DNA of 64,000 bases from NCBI GenBank assembly GCA_951406725.2, contig OX597816.1, positions 55,490,001 through 55,554,000 of the forward strand, given 5' to 3'. Below the pieces are notes generated by a model. That model was not told where the DNA came from. It did not search any database and saw only the letters and a program-made list of their open reading frames with translations. The stretch's first letter is position 1. Each line of letters starts with the position of its first letter. The stretch comes from Octopus vulgaris (Eukaryota). The position numbers were made by a program, and so were the translations under genes. This document shows positions 54,263 to 64,000 of the stretch, piece after piece.

Positions 54263-55446
54263 AAGTGACAGGGAAAGTAAAAGAGAGGGAGGGAGAGAGT
54301 GATACAGTGGATGAAGAAATATGTTTTCAGCTTTTGAAGATAAAGGAAATTTTGAAACCTTAAAAATGTATTTTTTTTATAAACAACGTATACTTTAGTA
54401 GATTGTTTTTGTAATATCGCGTGAGTTACTTCCACTGTGTGTTAAAATGAAACACAGTTTAACAGTTTCAACTTTAGCACATCCACTGCCTGTATTCAAA
54501 CTTTTTACGACGGTATGAGTTCAAACTTGGATAATTTCGTTTAGTTATATTTTGATACCCAAACGACCCGTTACCTTTGCTTTTACGTCACCAATATTCT
54601 TCTTCGATATTTCGCTAATATTTTTTTGAAGAGGGCACACACAAGCATGGATGCTATACACAAAGGAACATTCACGCACGCAGACCTATTTTAAAGTTTG
54701 CCCTCAGCTATTCTCTTAACAGACGAAATAGCAAATTATTCACAACGTAATTACGACACACACGCATTCATCCTTCCAAATCTGCACCGACCTCCTGTAG
54801 TACAGCCCTTTGAAGTTCACTGTCATCTTTATACATACATCACGGACAGGCGAACAGACAAATGTACATGCACGTGCAGGAACACAAGCATATCATACAC
54901 ACGTACACAAACGCACACACATACACCCACATACACCCACTCCAACACCCACACATACACGCACAGAAATACACACCCGCAAAATGATACAAAGAAATAT
55001 ATTGATTTCTGACGCGGGCTGGGGGTGACACACGTCTTGGATGGGTGTGGTGAAATAAGTACATTAACGTGTTACTAACTGTCTCCAGGTAAAAAATCTG
55101 TTAAACAGCTGTTGGATTCGGACCGGTAAATTTCAGGTTTAGGTTTCCCAAGTGATTATCGAAGAATATCCCTTCATTATTCTGTTAATGTTAATATTTA
55201 TTAATACTAATTAACCAGACTTAAACAGCGTAATTATTAGGATTCAAGGCAGCATGAAGTAGTCACATGGATATATTGATCTTTCGAATTCCCGAAATAC
55301 GTGCCACGTTACAGGCACATGTACACTGCTCATGCACGTACACACACACACACACATGTATATATGCACACACACGTATATACGTATATATGCACACACA
55401 TGTATATACGTATATATATATATATGTATGTATTTATATATATATG

Positions 55447-55514
<68 letters not shown>

Positions 55515-55822
55515 CTATATATACATTCATACCTAATCAAGCAGCCACAGGAGCAAACCTCACACACACGCATGCTAGTATTGCATTAAATAGGTTCTTT
55601 AACGTTGTCAACGAATTAGAAACACTTGCACGGTTACGCACATGTTTCCGCACTTTTATGAAACGCATATCGATATAGTCATGTGGCCTCTTCAGATGCC
55701 ACATCTGCTAAGAAATGTGCGTGGTATCACTCTATAGATGCAGTTGTCTACTAGATTCTTCAGAGCCGTTAAGCGCAAGAGTTCTACATCCACCTACACA
55801 ATCACACACACACACACACACA

Positions 55823-55865
<43 letters not shown>

Positions 55866-55933
55866 TAAATAATCTTATGTATTGGCTTAGGTTTTTCATT
55901 GTATGATTTGCCTAATAGTGGTTTTATCTCTAA

Positions 55934-55999
<66 letters not shown>

Positions 56000-56509
56000 A
56001 TTTTTCCCGTCTTATCAGATTATACATATATATATACATATATGTATATACATTCATAAATATATATTCACACACATTCATATATGTGTGTGTGTGTGCG
56101 CGTGTGTGTTCGCACGCACGTTGCTCCACATATGTAGAGCACACTGTCTTCTCTGCGACGTGTAACTCCGCCTTCCGATTTTTTGTATTCTTACAAAATC
56201 GCATTTGTTTTCATTTAAGACTTTTTTTTTTCTCTTTCCTTCGGCAAAAAAAACCTTCGTAACAACCTGAACGACGACGGCAAAATATTTCAAGAGACAA
56301 CCGCAGCAAATCAGACCTTCCCACCCACACACGATTTTCCCCCCACCCCACTATGCGACTAAATAAGTAAATCAATAAATAGGAGCAGCCGTTATAAGAA
56401 ATTGCTTTCCAGCCATATGGTTGCAGGTTCAGTCCCATTGCATGGCCATTTTGGCAACTACTTCCCACATTAGCTTTCGGCCGACCAAAGACTTATTTAC
56501 TCATTTACT

Positions 56510-56918
56510 CATTTACTTGTTTCAGTCATCTGACTGTGGTTGGTCATGCTGGAGCACCGCTTTTAGTCGAGGAAATCGACCCCAGGACTTATTCTTTGTA
56601 AGCCTAGTACTTATTCTAACGGTCTCTTTTGCCGAACCGCTAAGTTTCGGGGACGTAAACACACCAGCATCGGTTGTCAAGCGATGTCGGGGGGGGGGGG
56701 GAGGGGGGACAAACACAACACACAAACATACACATATATATATATACATATATACGACGGGCTTCTTTCAGTTTCCGTCTACCAAATCCACTCACAAGAC
56801 TTTGGTCGGCCAGAGGCTATAGTAGAAGACACTTGCCGAAGGTTACACGCAGTGGGACTGAACCCGGAACCATGTGCTTCGTAAGCAAGCTACTTACCAC
56901 AGAGCCACTCCTACGCCT
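56510..56918 (-). mobile_element. SINE S1 full length
   Basis: Similarity to S1. Confidence 0.9.
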
Positions 56919-58121
56919 ATGAATAGATTTGGTAAACAGAAACTGAAAGAATCCCGTCATACATGTGTGTGTGTATGTATGTGCTTGTGTATGTGTGCGT
57001 GAATAATCACCCTTAAAAAAAAAACATTCAACCATTTCCTCTCAAAAGAAAAAGAAACCAAGAAAAATATTTTTGACAATAGCCAATGACGCACACACAT
57101 GCAGATGGCTAAACTACGAATAAACAGCTTCCCATTGTATTGAAAAGACGTTCTGAAAGTTAAACACTTGGACCCACTCCAAACCTTTGCAGACAAAACA
57201 TTTATAAGAGACAACTAAAGTGAAACTTCATTAAGATCTCAAATTTAGGTACAAACTATTAAACTCCACAAAATATGTTTTTTTCCTCTCTCTCTGACTC
57301 CCCTTAAAACTCTTTCTAATATTTCTAATATTTGATAAAACGGATAAATTCTAAACCTGTTATATTTTTATATTTTATTAAACATTCTCTAAAATATTCT
57401 ACAGTGCCTTTTCCAATATAACTTGCTTTATTTAACAATAATCTTTTGTTTGTAAGAACTTCTAACCATTTCTCATATGTGTGTGTGTATGCGTTTGTGT
57501 AAGAATTTTGATGCAATAAAACAAAATGAAGTGTTTATTATAAGACGCTGCAATTGTTTCAGCATATTAGTATCTGCCGGCAATTGCTTTACTGTACAGG
57601 TTATTGCCTTGATATGATCCAACTGCAGCTGTATATTTTGAAAACACTCTAGACGGTTATTACGCAGATAATATTAAATATGTGTGTGTGTGCGTATGTG
57701 TTTGTCCCCCACCACTCAGTGAGGGTGTGTCTATGTCCCTCGTAAGCAAAAGTGAACGAAAGAGTAAGTGGTAAACTTAGAATGGATACTAGGGTCGGAT
57801 CATTCAACTAAGTGCCCCAGCATGGCCGCCGTCTAGAGACTGAAACAAGTCAAAGATAAGAGATACAAGTTACAAGAAATTAAAATTTATAAAACAAAAG
57901 AGAAAAAGACAAAAGGCAACGTGTGTTGATAGCTAAGTAGAAAGAGATGCGAGATATTAAGACATACTGAAGTTGTAGTGTTGACCCCAGAACCAAGTCC
58001 TTGGTTAGTAATAGTGACTAAAGCAAAATATTTGAGTCGATACGTTTTTAATTAAATATATCGCACATTAGTTCTTAGAAAGGATAACTCTCCATCAGAT
58101 ATGTATTTGAAATATATATCA

Positions 58122-58448
58122 CATGCCGGTGGTACGTAAAAGGGCACCATTCGAGCGTGATCGTTACCAACGTCACCTTACTAGCACCTGTGCTGGTGGC
58201 ATGTGTAAAAAGATTCGAGCGAGGTCGTTGCCAGTACCGCCTGACTGGCCCCGTGCCAGTGGCACGTAAAAAGCACCCACTACACTCTCGGAGTGGTTGG
58301 CGTTAGGAAGGGCATCCAGCTGTAGAAACTCTGCCAAATCAAGTTTGGAGCCTGGTGCAGCCATCTGGTCTGCCAGCTCTCAGTCAAAATCGTCCAACTC
58401 ATGCTAGCATGGAAAGCGAACGTTAAACGATGATAATGATGATGATAA
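58122..58448 (+). mobile_element. SINE 3' portion with internal ~60-65-bp repeats and (GAT)n tail
   Basis: Three copies of TGCCGGTGGCACGTAAAA, the block GGTTGGCGTTAGGAAGGGCATCCAGC, and a GAT tail. Confidence 0.7.
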
Positions 58449-59072
58449 CAACGAAAATATATCACGAAATATGAAATACACCGTATTTCATAGTATTAAA
58501 GTCGATCCAACATATTAGACGCATCCCATTTTCAGCAGCTTATAACTAGGAAAAAACGTCCCTGCCGCGTTAACGTAGCAACTTTGCATATGGCACCCAG
58601 GGTGATATTTTGAGACAAGGTTTTGAAAGAAACATGTATGACTCATATCCCGTCAAATAAGGTAATTTATGTAATGCCTGCAGTTTGGGGCATTGCATCA
58701 GACTTGCATCACAAGTGTGTTGTCACAATGCAACAGCACACCTCTGCTGCAAGTCTGATAAAATGCCTCTCAAATATCTAAAACCGCAAACATTACGTAA
58801 ATTTTCACTTCGAAATTTTGCGTAAACTAGCATTAGAATAAATTATGACGAATCATTAAGGATGTGTTAAAAAATTTTCTTTGTCTTCTTATATGGATTA
58901 TTTACTATTCGCCAAACTCATTTTAAGGTGGAATCGTCGTGAAATTTGGATTTTCTACACATTAATAATTCCGACTTTAGCATGGAACCCGACAGTGTTG
59001 GAAGCCCAGTATTCGGGTTGAGTGATTCTCAGGAAATAACCTAACTTTACACTCTACCTGATCTTATATATT

Positions 59073-59930
59073 CAGGGTGCGGTGAATGAATTGTATTCTA
59101 AATCACGCGAAAATGAAAATAACACTGGCATCTCATTTTTAAAGATATATTTACTAAAATTGCATAAAAATATTTTGAAATACTAAAGAATAACTCTATT
59201 CAATAAAATCGCCATTTGCTCCAACCATGGCCTCAAGACAACTTCGGAATCTCCTGCAACCCGTCCGAACGATTTCCTGGTTTGAGTTGGTGAATGCTGA
59301 CATAATCCTTGTCTTCAGTTCATGTTTGGTATTACAAGGAGTTTTATTGGTCTCTCGCTCAACTGCGCCCCACACATAATAATGAAGGGGACTGCTGTTT
59401 AGGGAGTTAGGTGGCCAGATGTTAGGGATGATGTGGTCGAATAAATTGTCTGACAGCTATGACTGGGTTCTTCTGCTTGTGTGGCTCGGTGCAGAGCTTG
59501 TTGTCAGACATAGGATCTTCCAGCAACCACGCTCTTCACCCAGGGCAGCACTACCACCTCTAGGCACTTGATGTAGGACTCCGTGTGGAGTCTGAGATCG
59601 AGTGGGAAGATGAATAGAGGCATAACTTCACCAACACTGGCGATTACCTCAACTACCATCGTGTTGACTGTATGCTTCATCTTATCCCCCTTGGTACATG
59701 TTTTGGGGGCTCAGATTGACATCCATCACTCTGAAATATTCGCATTGGAGATTCCGGGGTGAATGCCAAGTTGTACAGCGTGTCATTCCCAAATTTTTGG
59801 AATAATGAATTTTGTTATGGTGCTGTTTTTGTCACAGACGGTGCCCGACTGACCCTACTATGCTGTGTAGATGACAAAATCAAAAGCAAACAATGCGCGA
59901 AATGACAAATATGAATTTACCTATCGCACG

Positions 59931-59933
<3 letters not shown>
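59073..59933 (-). mobile_element. Internally deleted Tc1/mariner element
   Basis: Imperfect TIRs CAGGGTGCGGTG / CAGCGTGCGATA. WPPNSLNSSPLHYYVWG resembles WPP.SPDLNPLDY.VWG. Confidence 0.75.
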
Positions 59934-59999
<66 letters not shown>

Positions 60000-60013
60000 T
60001 ATATATATATATA

Positions 60014-60238
60014 CCGGAGTAAGCACGTAATTGTGAAACAAGTTGTAAAAAAACAGTACTCAAATACCAGAGGTAGAGTAATATGATTTCTTTAAAAGCA
60101 GCAGAAATATAACAAAAGTTGTTACACAGAGTTTCACATTCCCGTTCGTCGGACACTATTGAACAAAACTGTCCGGCGAATGGGAACGTGAAACTCTGAG
60201 TAACAGCATTTGTTATATTTCTGCTGCTTTTAAAGAAA

Positions 60239-60244
<6 letters not shown>
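60014..60244. mobile_element. Fold-back element family H2 (second copy)
   Basis: Arms 60081-60155 and 60170-60244. CTGT-CCGGCGA-ATG(GGAA)CGT-GAA-ACTC(T)GAGT-A-ACAG. (TA)n on both sides. Confidence 0.78.
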
Positions 60245-60272
<28 letters not shown>

Positions 60273-60315
60273 ACACGCACACACTACACACACACGCACA
60301 CACACACACACATTA

Positions 60316-60369
<54 letters not shown>

Positions 60370-60503
60370 ATATATACATTCTTTCACATGGGTTTCATGT
60401 GAAAGGATTTTCATAATTGTTGAAGCGTGTCAAATACATGTGATAGTGCTCATCTCCAAGCAGCAAACACACACACTCACAAGCACACATATATATATAT
60501 TTA

Positions 60504-61421
60504 TTACGTCGTCAAGTATGAAATTTGTAGAAAAGAAAAACGTTTGCTAATGTTTTATAAATAAAAGGGATAGTTTTATTCATCAAACTATGCATCCACA
60601 TTGGCAATACACTTTTTCCATTTCAGAAGGAGCTCTTCCAGTCCAAGATTGCAAAAGCCTGGCAATCTTGAGTCAATAAAATCTTGGGAGGCCTGTTTCA
60701 CAGCATCGTCGGAATTAATTTTTTTTTCCTATCAAAAAGCTATCCAAATTCTGGCTTTTTTTAATGGAAATTTCTGCATCATTTGGATCAGTTGGCTGCA
60801 GTGTACTTCGGCCGAGATTGATAACCCTGGGTTATTGAAATCATAATGGATCACAAATGCGCCAGACCATCAAGCACACACAAGCAACTTCTTTCGATGA
60901 ATTTTGATTTTTGTACTGTGTTTTGTTGGCTCGTCTTTCTCCAGCCATCGTGCTTAACGTTTACATTTTTGTATTAAATCTATTTTTCACCACATGCTTC
61001 AATGCGATTCAAAAATGATTCATTTTGTGACGAGAAAGTAACATAATGCTGGCTTCCAAACGTTGCTGTTCCTGATTTTCATTGAGTTCATGGGGAACCC
61101 ACTTATCCAACTTTGAAATAGGTGAGTTAATATTGTTTGTTTGCTAAAACCAAACAACATCGATAATTCACAGGCACTTTGTAATGGATCTGACTCGACA
61201 GTGGCTTTCAGTTCGTCATTATCCACCTTTGTTTATGGTCGGCTGCGTTGTTCACTTATGAGGTTAAAGTTACCAGAAAGAAACTTTGCAAACCCATTTG
61301 ATACTGTCTGCTGTGTAATAACATTAGAATGAAATACTCCATTAATGTTCCGAGCTCTCTGTGATGCTGTATTTCCGAAAAAGAACTCATAGTTAAAAAA
61401 ACTGTACGAATTTCTGACTTA

Positions 61422-61424
<3 letters not shown>
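60504..61424 (-). mobile_element. Mariner remnant
   Basis: DELKATVESDP..ELS (HTH region), WVPHELNE, and decayed terminal inverted similarity. Confidence 0.75.
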
Positions 61425-61469
<45 letters not shown>

Positions 61470-61481
61470 CCTCACACATAC

Positions 61482-61830
61482 TCAAGAAGGAAGGCAAAAA
61501 GATAGACAGATACAATCTTCTTAAGTACGAAATAGTCCGTCTATGGAAAATGACGAAGGTGAAGATAGTGCCAATTACTTTGAGATCTTTGGGAGCACTA
61601 TCAGAAGGCATGAAGAGGGTAATAAAGGAAATTGGTATAGAGTTCTCAGTAGACTTCTTACAAAATGTGTGCCTCCTTGGCACGGACAGAATAATCAGGA
61701 AAGTATTAGATAGTTGAAAAGAATGGAAATCATGGTACCGTAGGCTGCAGATAGTAAGTCCTTTAAGCTTGCAAGACAAAACCTGTGATAAAGAGGCAAT
61801 AACATCTGATAAACCTGTGTTAAATCATAA
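61482..61830 (+). mobile_element. 3' end of R4/Dong-type element
   Basis: KIDRYNLLKYEIVRLWKMTKVKIVPI...LQNVCLLGTDRIIRKVLDS*, followed by degenerate (AAT)n. Confidence 0.8.
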
Positions 61831-61955
61831 TAATACTAATACTACTACTACTAATAATAATAATGATAATAGACAATAACACAATCATAATAATAAGAGA
61901 CAATAACACAATCATAATAATACGAATCCTACTATTACTAATAATAATTATGATA

Positions 61956-64000
61956 ATAGACATGACGAAGAGCGAGATGCGATTGCAATAAATATGTTAT
62001 TGGCTGTACGATATTTCGACAGCAAACCTGTCTTTCTCTCGTTCAAAATAAAGAGTGATAAAAATTCAGAATTATAGAAATTCAAATCTAAAGTATGGAC
62101 GAGAGCAAACATCCTCCGCACTTTGATGGAATGACATCGCCAGTCTTTAAATCCCAATAACATAACTGGCGAAAAGAAAATACAGAAAAAAGAGGAAAAA
62201 AAAGCGGAAAGAAAAAAGGAAAGGAAAAATGAGAATATTTAATCAAACAGTTTCATGTAAATGTGATGTAATTATGTCCTTTTATTCTTTGCACCTGGGC
62301 GTGATGTTAATAATCCGCAAATATATTTCTCCTCGTGCATTTTGAGTATTGAAATTATAGCAGATTCAGAATATATTTTAATAATATGCACGTTCAAATT
62401 TTTTAATCAAAATTGCAAATGTTTGTCAAGTTATGTCGGACTTCTGTCATATGTCTACACATTAAATCTTTTGTTTAATTGCTCTGTTGTACAACCAACA
62501 TAAATCAAGTAATGTGTCATACATTTTGCCGCGAACAACAAATGGGAATCTCTACAAGTCCCACCGTCTGTGGAAATCATGACGTTTCCTTTATGATTTG
62601 TTGATAGAATTCATTTGTCTCGTGTTGTTGCACAGTGAACAGGGCTTACCTCTTTTGCGGCTGCTTTCCAAGCGCACAGATATTCCAATGTTAGTTTTCT
62701 TGGAGTCAGAAATAGAGGTCAATAGTTGTCATATTTTTATTCCGTCTAAAGGCTACGATAGACAGCTGACGAAATATCTGTTTGAAACGAGGCTGTTTCC
62801 GCAAAACGCTGGTAACTTTCATGCAGATCCTTTGAAATGCCAGCGAAATTTCTGTCACATATTCTATAGTGTTCGCTAAAATTATGCGCGAAGGTTTGAC
62901 TTACTTTGGTAGTCTTAGTTATGTAATTTGCTATTTCTTCTAATCGTGATTCACTGTAACTGCGTTTGGTGTACAAAAGCATTTGCATGTTTCCAGTAAT
63001 CCCCTATGTCAGTACAAATCCGCTTTATCTTAAAAAATTAGGATTTCGGATATGACCAAATTATATGATGTGGATGATCGGAGCGGCTGTGGATGTAAAT
63101 GTGGGATAACATGGGCTTGTAATATAGCTCTGTCACAATTCTGTCTCAAGAAAACTTAACTTTTGTGTCCAAAACTTCAACGCTAATTTTTGTAAAACTA
63201 AACGTAAATTTTATGTTGGACACAAATCCATAGTTTTTAGCATAATGGTCGCAGAAATTCAAGAAGTCAATTAAGCTATTCTATGATCCTTTCAAGACAA
63301 AAATGACATCATCAGTGAACCGTAACCAGAGTATAGATTTATGATCATGTAGGAATTTGAATGTTGTCAGTAACTATGTCTCGAATTTCGTCATGTAGAC
63401 ACTAGCGAAATTAACTGCCATGGTGATACATTTTTGTCCAAACTTCATTGTGTTACTTTGTAACACAAAACTCAATTACCTACAGAGAAAATTCGATGGA
63501 ATACTTTTGTTTGACCGTTTCTTGAAGGTATTCTTGTATGTTTCTACCCCTTCGTCGTGGTCAATATTAGGATATAAGAAACATCCATGGTTACCAAAAA
63601 GCAATTTTCGACATGGTTTTGGTGCTTAAAAAAGTTGATGATTTTATACTAAAAATCAAAAGTAACCCGAATATAGGAACTTGATCTTTTTTTGCGACAG
63701 GGAGTACAAAGCCATACAGCTATTCCGAAACCTTGGCTGTTCAAAATTTATATCCGCTTCAAATTGGACGCATTGGAGGAAATCTTTCGAAACTTTTGTG
63801 TATTTTAGGGAGATCATAAAATACAGGTGTTTTTCTTTCTTACCGTAAAATCCTGCATTCGGCTTTATTAATGAAATTGTTTACTTCCATTTCCAAAATT
63901 ATTTTGTCGAGTTCCTCTCTGTAAAGGAGTTTCGGATTGACAGGATATTCTTCATATGAATTTTTGTCACTTAAAACTTCTTCACTTTTGTCCATAATTA
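61956..64000 (-). mobile_element. Degenerate Penelope-like element (RT + GIY-YIG + 3' pLTR remnant), runs off the window
   Basis: LPKIHKSFERFPPMRPI, TMAVNFASVYMTKFE, WLRFTDDV, TELYYKP..HIYIHSRSDHP, AAKC..LIYVGCTTEQLNKRF. GACAG(GTTTG)CTGTC-GAAA at ~62003-62045. Confidence 0.8.

Noticed and set aside
58480-58665. Possible small MITE with ACCGTATTT/AAATAAGGT ends
   Set aside because: The terminal match is too short and degenerate to call.

Overview
AT-rich, microsatellite-dense eukaryotic DNA with no convincing host gene. The SINE families look like octopus/cephalopod repeats (inferred from recognition, no search run). Main contents: (1) a near-intact R4/Dong-type non-LTR retrotransposon (RT + CCHC + restriction-like endonuclease, 19391-22611, one frameshift) in a head-to-tail cluster of relatives inside (AAT)n arrays, with further degenerate copies elsewhere, all oriented with AAT on the sense strand; (2) several degenerate Penelope-like (PLE) RT/GIY-YIG bodies; (3) at least five unrelated short repeat families anchored in (TA)n, often as fold-backs, carrying minimal type-I hammerhead-ribozyme (HHR) motifs; (4) a 2.3-kb element (7434-9740) bounded by ~320-bp inverted HHR-bearing repeats that encloses a decayed gag/ORF1-like CCHC ORF and no RT; (5) many tRNA-derived SINEs, Tc1/mariner remnants and a non-autonomous Helitron. 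Coordinates were read by eye, so the ends of degenerate elements are approximate. All RNA structures are predictions.
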